64,000 bases of DNA from Stegostoma tigrinum (GCF_030684315.1 NC_081367.1:52801351-52865350); one strand, 5' to 3'. Numbered from the stretch's first letter, positions 1-14,836 are shown. Notes: generated by a model from the letters alone, not told the origin. Numbers and translations are program-made.

Positions 1-3000
1 TGATTGTGTGACACAGAAGTTTTTCCCACCCAAATTAATTACAATTTGTATATTTATATTCTTTCCTTCTAAATTGTACTACATAGTCAACATTAATGAA
101 TACACAACAGGCATTACCACCTTCTAGGCCCCCTTCAAATATCTGAAAATTCTCAACTGGGAAGCTGCATGTTCCTGTACTTAATCCAACAGTTGCCTTT
201 ATTGCAAATGTCATCCCCAGAGATCCAGCCAACAGGTTAACCATACAGCTAGAAAGCCAATAAAATCAAAAATAAACATTAGCAAAAATATGCAATTGTA
301 TTTCCTCATAATACACAAATGGCATTCAGCAAGGAGAGAGCTTGTCACAGAACAGCTATACTTAACACCTCACTGCCCACACATGCCATCCTGCAAATCT
401 GACACTGCAAAGAAACACCTCCAGATTTTATTCATATTAAATCATTTCCATCAGCAAAAATGTCACTTACATAAGTCACAAGCATAATACCATTTGACAT
501 CCTTTCCAAATCTAACTACAAAAAAAACTTATACCATACTGACCTTTCCCTCCATGTGCAGCAATTTCAGTAAATAAGACACAAACATACATTCACCACT
601 CTTTTCTTTCTTTAAAAGAGAACATACGGCATCATTCCTCAAGAATCTATATTGTGCAGCTGTGGGGTCACCAGCATCTAGTCCGATTGGGCACTCCATG
701 CAAAAGCTTAAACAAAAGTCATCTGGATTCTTGAGCAGACATTGAATTTGAATAGAATCCCAGATCTCATGTTCACGTATTCAAGAGGGTTCACCCTGCA
801 ACAGCGACTCAGCCATGACACCCACACATCTTCATTCACCCTCCGCGTTTTGAATAAATTAAGCCAGCAAGATTCTGCCCCTGCTGAGATCAACCATTTC
901 ATGACAGTCCAGGAAATGGACTTAGGGCATTTGCCACATGTTACGTAACTTGGTGTTACACCAAAGCTGTCAAAACAAACAGGTTTTTGAGTGTTGACAA
1001 CATAGAAAACAAAGTGCCCTGTCCATTGGTATCAAATTGCCCCACTATGTTAAGATTGTCCAGAGACAGCATATCCCAACCCTCATTTTTAAATAGTCTT
1101 GTGTTACTGGTCATCGTTACAACACACAACACATTGTTCCATGCTATTGAGCCACAGAAATCTAACAACATTTAAAATAGTTTAGAAACTTGTTCTGACA
1201 TTTGGACTTCGCATTGTTTCTTCATTATATTAGAGAAAGTCCACTGTCAGATAAAATGTTTCACCCTTAAAATTAAAAGGTCCGGCACAGGGTATAACTT
1301 GAATATAGGTTAGAACAGTAAATTGCATTGCAATTTAATTAGCTTTATCAAGTAATGGGCATTCTTTTAAAAAAAATCTCGGGAAAGGAGGACACCTTCC
1401 AATTTTCTCGCGCTAATTGCACATAAATTAAGAGCATTACAAAAACTGACAATTAACAACTTAAGCTACAAATGCAATTTTATTTTTCTTTTGATGATCA
1501 CCAAAGTTCAGAATGCTGTCTTATTTTTAACCCAAGATTTACAAGAAATCCAGATGTGAATCCATACGTAAGGTAATAGATGTGCCTCTCGATCATTGCC
1601 TCACCTCAGCTACAGCTAATACAAAACATATAAAAGGGTATAGCCACAGCACAGTTCTAAATGTTAAAATACAGGTTCGTTTTCCTGTCAAACTTATTCG
1701 TGGCCAAATAAAATCCAAGGTATAGTGATGGGGCGAGGAATTAAAGATGACAGTGCAAAGATGAAGAAAGAGCAGAAAAGAAATATGAACCTGTATGCCT
1801 TTCACATGTGGTAAAGCATTCTAGTTAACAAGCATTTGTCACTGCATGACAAGTATACATAACAGCTTTTAAGTTGATCTTGCAATACAGGAGCAAATCC
1901 AGTAGCAATGGACTATTGTTACTGGACAGTGGATGAATAATCTGGAAATAACATTATATCCCACCATAGCTACTGGGGAATTTGAATGCAGAAAAAAAAA
2001 AATCAATATACCACTGTCACTAATTTCCTAATTTTCTAAGATGCCTCTCAGGTCATCAACTCTTACACAGGGTACTCTATTAAAGGTACTGTACTAAATG
2101 CATATTATAATCAGACCCTATACATTACATAGCACAGAAATATAGAAAAGCAGAGTAAGCCGTCAGGCCCTCAAGCCTGTTTGAATATGATTCAACACAA
2201 TCACGGCTTAACATTCAACTCAGTACCCTGCTCCTGTTTCTCCCCACGCCCCTTGACCCTTACTCCAAGAACTGTATTTAACTGCTTCTTGAAAACATTC
2301 AATGTTTTGGCCTCAACCATTACTTATGGCAGAGCATTCCAAAGCCTTACCACTCTGAGCAAAGACATTTCTCCTCAGCTTAGTCCTAAATGACCTGCCC
2401 TATATCCTTAGGCTTTTACTCCTAGTCCCAGACACCCCACAAACATCCTTCTCATGTTTAGCCTATCTAGTCCTGTTAAATTACACAGATTTGTGAAATT
2501 TTTCTCCCTGCCCCAACCCACATTCTTCTAAACTCCACTAAGAATAGTATGACAGTGCTGTATTTATATTTTCCTTTAAGGTATTGTACTGTACTTAAAT
2601 ATTTAAGTATCTATTAAAATATTTTAATGTTTTTCTAACATTATAGGACATATTTCTGTTTTATTGGGCATGCATTGAAAGCATGAGATGGGGCTTTATA
2701 GTATCCACATTTTTGTGGTATCCACAGAAGGTCTATGGCTTTATCCCTCACCACTTGTGAGGGCTTAAAAGTGTAGTGGCAGCCAGGATAGTCCAGGTGG
2801 TTCAATGTGCAATTTAACTTTAGTTGTACTGCACGGTCTGGTCCAGCAATGCTGTTGCCTCTTACGTGGTTTCTAAAATGACCTCTTCAACCAATCAGTT
2901 GTATTTACACCATAACAAAGTCTCAGACAAAATAGTATCTTGAAGGAAAAATGTCAAGCTCTTTGTTGATAATTTGGCAAGGTAAGAGGGACTAGATGAA

Positions 3001-4673
3001 GATGCAATCCCATTAATAAATAACTTAGTAAAAATTGGTTTCTGCAGCTTTAAGGAGCCCCCTACATAATATTAGAAATTCACATTTCCTTGGGCATATT
3101 ACATGCACAAAAAGAGGAACTTCATTACAATAACTGAATCCAACCAAACTTACTACATCTCTCAAATACTAAAATGGGTCCTGTCTTTATCATGTATATG
3201 TCAGGTTATGAGCAGCCCACATTCCATAACCAACTGGAAATTGCCAACAACCTGCACTTTATTGCTACAAGTCTCAATTAACAAAAATATCTGAAGAAGT
3301 GACCAAAATTAAAGATGCTCTGAAGGTTAGAATTGGAGGAGCACAGTGATGTAATGCTAGTACAGCAGAGAAAGGCAGTACAAGTAAGGAAAGACCAGGC
3401 TCTGAAAGGATATAATTCTCATTCATATTTTTAAAAAGTTGAGGAAGTACCAGTGAGGGAGTCAGAGACATTTAACAAGCTCAGGGGAGATTGATGAGTG
3501 AGATTTGGAGGGGTTGTGGACAACAGAATTTTGGATAAGCATTAGGCAGGTGAAAGATTAGAGGCTGACCAAAACAGCATTGGACAAATCAGGTTTGATA
3601 ATAACATAGGCATAGATGAAGATTTCAGTATCAGATGCACTACTGCAAGGCTGAAGTCAAGCAATCTTCCTGGAGGTGGAAGTAGGTAACTTCGGAATTA
3701 ATATGCGCTGTGTAATAGGGAAGATCACCTTGTCCTGGTCAAGGATCTTGCTCAGCTTAAGGGACCAAAGACAATAGTTACAACTTACCCTTAGCTTGCT
3801 TGGAGGAAAATGTTGTTTGCCCTCCCATACTGAACGTCAAGCAATGCTGTAGCATTTCAGAGGCTCAGGATGTAACACTGGCATACATATGAAACCAGAA
3901 TTATTTTCAGATAACATTGTTGAAGGGACAGCATGAGAAACATTAGGAAGCTGAGGTTAGGGATCTCCACAGGTAGAGAGAGTCAGAATGGAAACTAAAA
4001 TCATTGCAGGCAATCTCTGATTATGGCTAAATTATTTCCAAAGTTAAACATCAATGTAAATTGAGACGATTGAGCAACTAGACCCAGCTTAGTTCATCTT
4101 GTACAAATTTTCATTCCCACCAGTTTTACTTCAGACCATATTTTTTAGTAGTATCGGGGACAAATGGCTTCAATACTGAAAAAGAAACACTTCAATACAT
4201 CTTTCCAGAAGACATCCAAAACAACAACAAACATTAACATGGAAAGCAGGTGGCTGTACATGCTCAGATGATCCATTATTGTGCAAAATGAAAGATGTAT
4301 GGAACAGCTCTAGATGGGAATAGGAGAACACATATGAACAAGAGAATCTCTTATTTCTGCTGCAAGTTCAATAATAGTCTTGACTAGGGCCCAACATTCG
4401 GCTCTTGGACACGTGAATTACATTGGTAGGAGTCAAAATGGGTCAGCTAAACAGGCACATAATCACTGATATATTACCAAAGATAACTTCAGGTTTTGAA
4501 AAGTACAGATGGTGATCCATAGAATAACTTTACCATAATCAGTCAATCTCGGCCTGTTAGTGCACACACAATGTGGCAGTTCACTGAATTCGATCTGACA
4601 TGCCATTAGTAACAGTACTACTTTAGCTTTACACCTATACATTAGTCAGTCTACCTTTTCAAAATACACTTAC

Positions 4674-4843
4674 CTCTGTGCTAGGGCTACGGCTACGGCT
4701 AACAGTGACTGCCTCCGACGTAACAGTTGTGCTTGGAAGGTTGGAAATATCCCAATTATGGACTGCTGGAACAATGCCAGTTGTCTTTTGAGCAAGAACC
4801 GGTTGATTATCCAACAATGAAACCTCATAAAATTCCTGAATAT
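4674..4843 (-). CDS. DLG1: DLG1 coding exon 3 (DIQEFYEVSLLDN...NWDISNLPSTTVTSEAVTVSRSRSPSTE)
   Basis: ttttccag|AT acceptor and GAG|GTAAGT donor; 170 nt, phase 1-0; matches the DLG1 pattern DIQEFYEVTLLDN...WEISSLPSSTVTSE. The next exon (KYRYQDED) was not found in the window. Confidence 0.95.
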
Positions 4844-5884
4844 CTGGAAAACAAGAACACGTATCGAGAGTCCACAATCATGTTAAGATACACATACCAC
4901 AGGAATCTCCCAATTTGTACCTTTTCTCAAATAACAGTATCATTTTTGTTACAATAATGACTAAATAATCCAAACTTTACTCGTTAAGAACCACAGATAA
5001 ATTGTTGAGAGACAGCCAACAATTTTTAAGCAACAAAATAAACAAATGTTAAAAGACTTCAATATTCATTTGCAACATTGCACAGTTTCAGACGCAACAT
5101 CTCTGCACATCTATCCATTAGGATTAGCTGTGTGTTTACTTCGTCTACATTTTATCCTAACAACAAACCCATACAATGACATTGAAGGAAACAGACATTG
5201 GTATGTGCTTAGAGCTAAATGCAGCAAGAGATCCACGCATGGGATGAAGAGCCCAGGATGCACATTAGGAGAAAAAGCTTTAGTTGTCCTCTCTCTGCCT
5301 AGTCAAAATTCTCTCATTATTTTCAAAGAAGTTAAAAGCTTTCTGAAAATACTTCAAACAAAATTTGTGAATGGCAGCATTCCTCGTGCATGCTACACTA
5401 AAGCAGTTTTCTGAACTGACTGACCAAATCAATTCAAGCATCTTTAAAAAGGTTAGTCCATTCTGAGAAACTGGTGAAACTTCAGAAATCTCATTTACCA
5501 AACAGTGTTTGAGAGCATGAACAATTAAAGTGTATTCATAACCCATCTTTCATATCCTCAGGATATCCTAAAGCACATCACAGCCACTTTTAGACAGCAT
5601 GCATTGTCCTGCCAGCTAACAGTATCCAAAATAAACAGCAATAAAAGGATGAGAAACTAGCTAATCTGTTTGGTGACATGGGTCAAGATAATCCTTGGTC
5701 AACATGCATAGATCATTCCCTACACTTGCACAAATATAGTTTGGGTATCTTGTATATCCACGTGAACAAATGACAGGACTTGTAATAAATATCGAGCAAA
5801 AGTGCAACAACTCTATGAAACCCACTGCATTTAAGAGCACCGTAACGCACTCAAGTTCTGCAATATAACAAACTTGCAACCCTG

Positions 5885-8045
5885 TTAGGTTTTTCACCTA
5901 CTGATACAAGGAGCAAAACTTGACCTACTCTTGGAAAGCAAGGCAGCGCAAGTTCGTGGGAGAGCACATTGGGGCAAGTGATCATAATTTGATTATTTTT
6001 AAAACCGTGATGGAAGAGGATAGGCCTGATCAAAAAGACAGAATTCTAAATTGGAGAAAGGCCAATTTTAAAAGTGTTCAGCGATAACTTTCAAAAGTTG
6101 ATTGGGCGGGATATTTGCAAGTAAAGAGATAGCTGGAAAGTGAGAAGTCTTCAAAAATGAGACACCAAGAGTCCAGGGACGGAATGTGAATCTTGGCTGA
6201 CTAGAAAAAAATCGAGGCTCTAGTCAAGAAAAAAGGAAGCATATGTCAGTATAGACATCAGCAATTGAGTGAAGAGTAGTAGGAAAACACTTGAGGGAAA
6301 TCAGGAGGGCAAAAAACAGGAAACAAGATAGTTTTGGTAAATTGGGTTAAAAGAGAATCCAAAGGAGTTTCTACAAATACGTTAAGGACAAAAGACTAAC
6401 AAAGGAGAGGGTAGGACACCTCAAAGAAAAGCATGGCTGCCTAAGTCCGGAAGTGGCGGAGATAGGTGGGGTACCAAATGAGTATTTTGCATCAGTGTTT
6501 ACTCTGGGGAAGGATATGGAAGCTAGAGCGCGAGAGGAAATAAACAATGAAATATTGAAACTATTTCAGACGAGATGGTACTATACATCTTACATCATAT
6601 AAGGATGGATATATCCCTGCGATTGGACCAGGTATACCATTTGTGGGAAGCTAGGGAAGTGATGACTGGGACTTTTGTTGAGATATTTGTATTTTCAATA
6701 GCCACCCACGAGGTGCCAGAAACCTGGCGGTTGGCTAACTTGGTGCCATTATTTAAGAAAGATGGTAAGGAAGAAACCAGGAAACTGTGGACTAGTGAGC
6801 CTGATAGCAGTGGTAGGCTGGTTGTTTGGGAGTGATGGGGGGAATTCTGAGGGACAGGAATGACATATTTGGAAGGGCAAGCATTGATTAGGAACAGTGA
6901 ACATAGCTTTGTGGTAAGAAATCATGTTTGACTAACTTAATTGAGTTTTTTGAAGAAGTAATGAAAGGGTTTGGAGAAGGCAGCGCAGTGGATGGTGTCT
7001 GTATGGGAGTCAGTAAGGTGCTCAACAAGTTTCCACATGGCAGACTGGTTAAAAACATTAGGTCACATGGAATACAGGGAGAACTAGGCATTTGAATACA
7101 AAATTGGCTATAAGGTGAGAGACAGAGGGTGGTTGTGGAGAGATGCTTTTCAACTGGAAGCCTGTGACCTGCAGTCTGCCACAGGGATCAGTGATGGGTC
7201 CACTGCTTTTTGTCATCTACTTAAATGATTTGGATGTGAACATAGGAGCTATGATTAGTAAATTTGCAGATGGCACCAAAATTGTTCATACAACTGGACC
7301 ATAGTCAGATGGGCGGATAGGCCGAGAAGTCACAGATAGAGTTTAAGGTAGATAAATGTGAGGTGCTACGTTTTGGTGGGGAAATCAAGGCAAGACTTAT
7401 ACACTTGATGGTATGATCCTGGAGAGGCATGCTGCCAAAAGGACCAGAGTGCAAGTTCATCGTTCCTCAAAAGTGGGGTCACAGGTAGACAGAGTAGTGA
7501 AGGCAAAATTAGTATGCTTGCCTTTATTAGTGAGTGGACTGAGCATAGAAGTTGGAAGGTCATCTTGCAGCTCTACAGTGCATTGGTTTGGGCACTTTGG
7601 AATACTGCATTCAATTCTGGCCTGCTTACTATATGAAGGTTTAGTTAAACTTGAGAAGGTTCAGAAAAGATTTATATGGATATGCCAGGGTTAGAGGGTT
7701 TGAGTTATTGGGAGAAGCTGAATAGGCTGGGGCTATTTTCCCTGGAGCATCAGAGGCTGACAGGCAACCTCACAGATGTCTGTAAAGTAATGAGTGACAT
7801 GAATAAGGTGAATAGTTTTTTCCCCAGGGTAAGAGAGTCCAAAACTAGACACGGAATGAGTTCACAGAGAAAGTGGTACAGGCGGGTACAATTACAACAT
7901 TTAAAAGACATCTGCATGGGTATATGAATAGGAAAGATTTGAGGAACATGGGCCAAATGCTGGCAAATGGGACTAGATTTAAGATATCTGGTCAGCAAGG
8001 ACAAGTTGGATCGAAGGGTCTGTTTCCATGCCGTGTATCTCTACA
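5885..8045 (+). mobile_element. CR1 LINE, 5'-truncated and decayed
   Basis: WRLANLVPLFKKDG, LEKVQKRF, LNRLGLFSLE remnants; CR1 3' end GGGTCTGTTTCCATG. Confidence 0.9.
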
Positions 8046-8219
8046 ATTTTAAGAGCAGAGAACAGGGTTGTAAGGAGGTAACTCATGCAAACACTTAGAA
8101 ACAGTTCTAAGCTATTTCATACCACGTATAAATACCAATTTAATTCAAGTACTGTTGAAACCCTCATCTCTTGCATTTATATAGGGATGGAAACATGAAT
8201 CAACATCAAGGGCATTTGA

Positions 8220-8540
8220 GGGCAGCACAGTGGTTCAGTAGTGGGCACTGCTGCCTCAAGGTGCCGGGGACTGGGTTCGATTCCACCCTCGGGTGACCGT
8301 CTGTGTGGACTTTGCACATTCTCCCAGTGTCTGTGTGGGCTTCCTCCAGGTGCTCCGGTTTCTTCCCATAGTCCAAAAGATGAGCAGGCTAGATATTTTG
8401 CATGCTAAATTGCCTGTAGTGTTCAAGGATGTGTAGATTAGCTGGGTTATAAGGGGTGGGTCCGGATAGGATGCTCGGAGGGTCGGTATGGACTTCTGGG
8501 CCGAAGGCCCGTTCCACACTGTCGGGACTCTAGGATCTAT
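8220..8540 (+). mobile_element. HE1-like V-SINE
   Basis: tRNA-like head (GTGGTTCAG, GGTTCGATTCC), V-domain TGTGTGGACTTTGCACATTCTCCC...GTGCTCCGGTTTC, CR1-derived tail. Confidence 0.85.
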
Positions 8541-9879
8541 CACCCAGACCAAAAAGCTGCCACCAGAGCCTAAACAGGAAATAGTAAAGCTTGACTAAAA
8601 CTTAGCATGTTTTATGAAACAGCTGGAAAAAGGAGATTGATGGAAAGAATTCCAAACCTAGGGGCAAGATGACTGAAACTTCAGATTCCAACAATGACAT
8701 TAACAGAGAAAGCGGGGGTATCCACAATAGAGTACGTTCTTGGAATGCAGAGTTTGGAGAATGGTTTAGAGTTCAAGGTTAGACAGTTAAGCAGGACTGA
8801 GGATAACAAAAGATTTGAACAGAATGTGTGGAATAAACTTCCTGAGGAAATGGTGTATGCAGGTACATTTCCAATGTTTAAAAGACATTTGGATACAAAT
8901 ATGAATAAGGAAAGGTTTGGAGGAACATGGGCCAGGAGCAGGTAGATGGGACTGGTTGGACCGAAAAGTCTGTTTCCATGCTGTATGACTCTATGACGAT
9001 ACCAATATAAAATTGAAGCAAACACTGGTGAACTGGAGGCAGGTCAACAAACACAAGGATCATGGGTGAACATAACATGAAAGGAGTTATGATACAGGCA
9101 GCAAATAGAAACTTACATTGTGGAGGGGCAACGGTACGTGAGGACAATGACAGGGGAGTGCAGCCGAGAAAGCAAAGATTTATATTTCAATTAGACATAT
9201 TCGAGCAAATATTTTAAAAGGGCCACTTTAGACGCAGCATTACAAAATTCAAGTTTGGGTCAATTTGTGCATCCATCAGAACAACTATAATTCTTTAAAA
9301 AGGTGATTTCAAGCTTAAGTTAGCCAAATTTAAAGCTCATCCTTTGGCCTAATATTTAACTGAGTTATACTGCCTATTAGTGTCCCTATCAAATCGGGAA
9401 ATAACATAGATAAAAACAGAAATGCAAGTGGAATAATGAGGATTATGCAAACTATATGAAGCATGATATAATCCTCATTCCTTTGGTAAGTCATAATCAA
9501 GGAGACACACAAAGAGGTGCATTGAACTTCAAGCTGAATAGCACTCTGAAAGATAGCAGGAATGAGTGCATTGCAAGTGCTCAAAGATGATCATTTAGCT
9601 ATTAATTCCTCAAAAGCAGGAATTAAGAGAAAGCTACATTAAAAATACAGATTCTATAAAAGTCTTTGGGAGCCAGAAGGCTGCTTGGAGTGAGCGGATC
9701 ACACAGGCGAAGGTAAGTGAGCATGGGACATACAAAAAAGGGATTACTGATCATAGACCAAGAAAGAGGAGAAGCTAGGCGGGTGTTAATAGCAACTTGG
9801 AAATGGATTAGCTCTGCTAAAAACAACTTGCTGTGATAGATCCTAGGAGGTGGGGATCAGTAATAGACAAAGGAAAGGA

Positions 9880-10520
9880 TGTTCATGTTCTGAAATGGTT
9901 AAACTTGATTTTGAGTCATGAAGGTTGTAAGGTGCCTAAACGAAAGATGTGTCACTCTTCCAGCTTGCACTGAGCTTTGTTACAGCACTACAGCAGGCCT
10001 GAGTCAGAAATGTTGGCATGGGAACCAGAGTGATATACTGAAGTGGCAAGCAACTGGAAGATAGGGTTCGTTTTATGGATGAAACATAGATGTTTTGCAA
10101 TGTCATCAGCCAGTCTGCATTTCATCTCTTCAGTGCAGAGAAAACCACATTGTGAATGGTGAATATAGTAAACTGGATTGAATGAAATGCAGGTAAATCA
10201 CTGCTTCAGCTGGAAGGTGCGCCCGAGGTCTTTGATGGTGAAAATGGAGGAGACAAAGAGACAAGCATCAACAAGCCTTCTGCAATTGCATGGGAGGATG
10301 CCTTCATGGTATGATGAGGTACTGACAGGAGAAAAGTGGACCACTGGTGTCCCAGACGGCACGGTCTCTGCAGAAGGCCAACAAGGGAGGGGAAGGGAAT
10401 GAGTGTCTGGTGGTGGCATCCAGCTAAGGTGGACTAATGGTAACTTATGACACTTTTGATGTGGAGATTGGGGTGGGGAACAGCGGAAAGCAAAGACGAG
10501 GGGGACCTCATCATTGGTGG
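9880..10520 (-). mobile_element. Old PLE GIY-YIG remnant
   Basis: Degenerate similarity to the PLE C-terminus (FRLGTLQP region) and to the VPLVF region in ORF 10198-10578. Confidence 0.6.
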
Positions 10521-10559
10521 GTAAATCATAATCAATATTGAGACCTGATTCTTGGTTAC

Positions 10560-11935
10560 TTGGAGAAGCATGGATCACTCAGGGTAGCGAGTATTGCTTT
10601 GTTGATGGAAGGTTGTGTCACTAACTTAATTTGCAGGGTAAGTGACAAAGAGGACAATGGCAGTTGTACAGTGGATGCTCTCTAATCCCTTATTGAAATT
10701 CATAGACAACATTCTGCCACATAAGACCTTAAATCTCATGGGATATGTGAGAATAAGATCCAAAAAACCGGTTCAGTGACAGGGGGAAGAAAGGATAACC
10801 ATTGACATGTTGTACAAATGGAAAGTGATTTCCAGTGGTGTTCCACAGGCCTCAATGCTGGACACCTTGTTGCTTGATTTTCATCATTGTGGGAGGCATG
10901 ATTGAGAAATATGCAGACAAAAGCTGGGTAAGTATTTGATAGCAAAGAATAAATGCAAGAAGATATCAATGCCTTGATTGAATGGGTAGAAAAGTGGCAA
11001 AATGAATTCAGTCCAGAGAAGTGCAAGGCATGGGAATATACAATAAGGGGAGGTACTGAGGGACCATGCAGTGCATGTCCACAGGCCCCTGAAGATGGCA
11101 GGGCAGGTAGACAAAAGGTGGTAAACAGCATATTATGCAGGATGCTTTCCTTCATATACTGAACCAGTCTACATTCAATTGCAGCAAGACCTAGACAATA
11201 TGCATGCTTGGACTGACAAGGGGCAAGTAACATTTGTGCCACACAAATGCTTGACAAGAACCACCTCCAACAAAGAGTCTAACAACTGACTCTTAAAAAT
11301 AATGGCAATATCAAACCACTGTCCGAGCGGTTACCATTGGCCAGTATTTGAACTGGACTAGCCATACAAGGACTGGGAGTACAAAAAGATCAGAGGCTAG
11401 GAATATGACAGCAAGTAAATCGCTTCATGAATCCCTAGCATCTGTACAGCTTCTACAAGGCCAGTGTGATGGAATACTCCCCACTTGCCTGAATAAGTGC
11501 AGTTGCAACACTGAAGAAGCTTCACACCAGTCCTGACAATGTAATCTAGTTGACTGGTAGCAATCCACAGATATTCATTGCCTCCACCCCCTGCACACAG
11601 GAACAGCATTGTATACCATCCACATGATGCACTGAGGACATTCACCAAGATTCTTCGGCAGCAGTTTCCATACTCCACAACATCGCTTTCCAGAAGGATA
11701 AGAACTGCAGATTTATGGGAACACCACCACCTGCAAGTTCTCTAATCAAGTCACACACCATACTATTTTGGAAATCTATTGCTTTGCCAAAATCCTGGCA
11801 CTCCCTCCTACCAGCACTGGGGGTGCACCTATGTTAAATGGACTGCAGCAGTTCAAGGTGGCAGCTCACCACCTGCTCATGTTCACGAAATGTTAGACTA
11901 AGCAGTGAAGTCCACAACCTATGAAAGAATAATTA
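10560..11935 (+). mobile_element. CR1-clade LINE fragments (two families)
   Basis: MQEDINALIEWVEKWQNEFSPEKCK; 3' end GTTCAAGGTGGCAGCTCACCACC shared with 40770-40890 and 50553-51650. Confidence 0.65.
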
Positions 11936-14054
11936 AAAGATTAAATTTTGATTCATGCCATAAAAGGTGCTTTGATGAGAACATTGGAATGGGAAGGAGC
12001 AGAACTAAGTCTAATACAAACATGAACTTCTTGTCAATTCACTTCCAACCAGTAAACATGACAAGAGCAAAAACGAAACCCATCTAAAATGAGCATCGTG
12101 TCTATACTTTGGAGCTGCAAATACAACAACTTGATGCAATTAACACAACTTGGACACATCTGTTCAATTCAGGAGTTGCAAAATCTCTGCTGACTTTCCT
12201 TAACTGATGTGCATTCACAACAATACAAAGAATGGCTACAACTTTGCAGCCCGGAGTCAACTCTCCCACCTTACATTGTAAGCACTATTACAAAATGTAT
12301 CATTTGTCATTACGTGTCCAACAAAATGAAATTGACCACTTAACAACCAGCAACAGAAGAAACCTTAATAATGCATTGCTTATGTCATACTTTCTTCCAA
12401 GAAAACCACACTGTTTCAGAATCAGCTGTGTTGAGGGTTTTGTCTGCTTAGTTTGAATTCCTGAAATACTACAAAACTCCTTTCTATGCCCAAAAGTTTA
12501 CAAACAATTCCAAACCAACCACTTAAACTTTACATCTTCCAATAGTTGCCTCAAGTCATTTCCATTGTCAGAGTACCTGAGAAACCAAATTCCACTCACT
12601 ATTTGGCTTCATCCTTATCTTCTATGGCCCAATACCATTTCTAAACCAAAAGCCACCCAGTTCTTTCCTGAAATAACTAAAATAAAACTTAAGTATACTC
12701 TTGAGAAATCCACTGCAAGATAAAAATATCATTCACTCCCAGGAATTTGGTCATTATGATCTTTTAAAAATGGGAGAAAAACTGGTAAGGACTCAAGATT
12801 CTACAATGTGGATAATATGAATTCCTACTTCTACATTAGCCAATCATGAAAATAACTATATGTAACAGTGGGTTGAATGGATTTCAGTGCAGTAAAAATT
12901 CTTGCAAGAGACACAAAAAGGAAAATGGCAGATCAGATACCATGCCACTTGAAAGGCTTCCAGTGTTCTATTCAATCATATTGGAATCATTCAAATTCAC
13001 ATTGGCATTAAATGAATGGATTTCAGAAGGATAGTTGATTCCTTTTAAGTACCTATTCCCCCAAAATAAGATTCACAACAGATGCTGTGATCGACACCAA
13101 CCGGCTCATGAACAGAGTACATGATTTCAACTACAGTGAGAATATCCAATTACTGTGCAAGGAAATAGCACAACCTGTAACATTTGGCAAAGATAATCCT
13201 GTATTACCAGCATCTCTCTACCTTGCAGTTCCCAAAAGCAACCCATATCTAACTCCACATATGGATTTTTCAGTGCATTCTCGCTAAACACAAGAGTAAC
13301 AGAATCAGTTAATCTTACTGTACAGAGGGCCATTCGATCCACTGCTCTTCAAAATTCAGCATGCGTAAGGCACCAGAACAGGAAGAGCACAGATCTAAAG
13401 ATTTGTTGTAGGTTACAGAGATGGATACAGGTGGGAAGAAGCAAAAGGTTTGAATACAAGGATGGTAATTTTAAAACAAGAGGTATTGCTTGGTCAGTAG
13501 ACATACAAGTGACAGATTAACATGTCTTTGGGCAAGTTAGGATTTTAGCAGCAAGGCTATAAACTCACTTGAGGGGGTAGAGGATAGAAGCTGATCAGGA
13601 AACATTCGTAGAAAGGAATTAGCAGTTGAGCTGAGGCACGAGCAAGGACAGAGTGTTAGAAGTAGATGGCCTTGGTGACAAAGGAGAAGTGGAGTCTAAA
13701 GCTCAAATAGGGTGACATGGTTGCAAACATTCTGCTTCAGCCAAACATTATGGCCAGCAAGAGCTATCTAATTTGTCCTAGTGACTATCCCTTCTGCATA
13801 GCTCTGTACATTAAGTGTACATCCACTTCCCTTTAAAGTTTGGAAAATAACATCCCTGAATGGAGTCACTTCTTCCTATAAATTATAATAAGAGATGTTG
13901 TGTCTTCTAAAGCTATTCACATTAATGAATGTGAAAAACAAGGCTATAAAGAGGCTCTATAATTCAAAGTTATTCAAAATATACATTGCCAACTTTTACC
14001 AAAATTCTGACATCCTAACCTGGTGTGCAATTACTGTCAAATAATAGAGCTGAG

Positions 14055-14836
14055 GAGACAGCAAGAACTGCAGGTGCTGGAAGTCAAAGCCAATACAGTG
14101 TGGAACTGGAGAAATACACCAGATTAAGCAAATCAGGCAGAACAGAAAAGATGATGCTTCAGATTGGAACCCTTCGTCAGGACTCCCGACTTCCAGCAAC
14201 TGCCGTTCTTGCTATCTCCTCTGCTCTATTTTATTGTACTCTCATTTTCTGACAGTAATTTACACACCAGTCTAGGGATGTCAGAGTTTTGGTAAAGGTT
14301 GCCACATATATAATTCATTTTGAATTATGCAGCCTCTTAACAGACTTGTTGTTTTTCCATAAACACTATCACGTGCATTTATATATTTTTAACGTGAATG
14401 CCTTGCTTTAGAAGGCACAAAATCTCTTACTATAATTTAACTGAACATATATTTTCGATGTTTAATTAGTAAAATAATGTTGCTTTGAAGTGAGAAAGAA
14501 GAGACTTTGTTCAGGGTTGTTATTTTCCAAACTTTAAAAGAGAACTGGATGTGCACTTAAGTAAAAAGAAGTGCAGAGTCATGCAGAAGAAATAGTCACT
14601 AGGACTAATTAGATAGCTCTTCCTGGCCACAACATATTGCTGCAGCAGAGTGTTTGAGCTTTTGACTCCACATCTCCTCTGTCACTAAGACTATCTATCT
14701 GTCCCTGCTCATGACTCAGTTCAACTGCTAAATCTTTTCTACTAATCCAATGTTTTCTGATCAGCTTCTGATGAAACTTCAGCTTTCCTTTTCCTCCTGA
14801 TGCTGCCTGATCTGCCGTGTTCCTCCAGCTCCACAC
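14055..14836. mobile_element. PLE insertion enclosing an inverted copy of flanking host DNA
   Basis: Inverted tail+pLTR 14055-14182, forward tail 14188-14218, reverse complement of 13586-14054 at 14219-14769, forward pLTR 14768-14836. Confidence 0.8.

Noticed and set aside
35-1175. Short ORFs as further DLG1 exons
   Set aside because: No match to the expected KYRYQDED exon or to the alpha-isoform palmitoylated N-terminus.
8220-8290. tRNA gene
   Set aside because: tRNA-derived SINE head that continues into a V-domain; no full cloverleaf.
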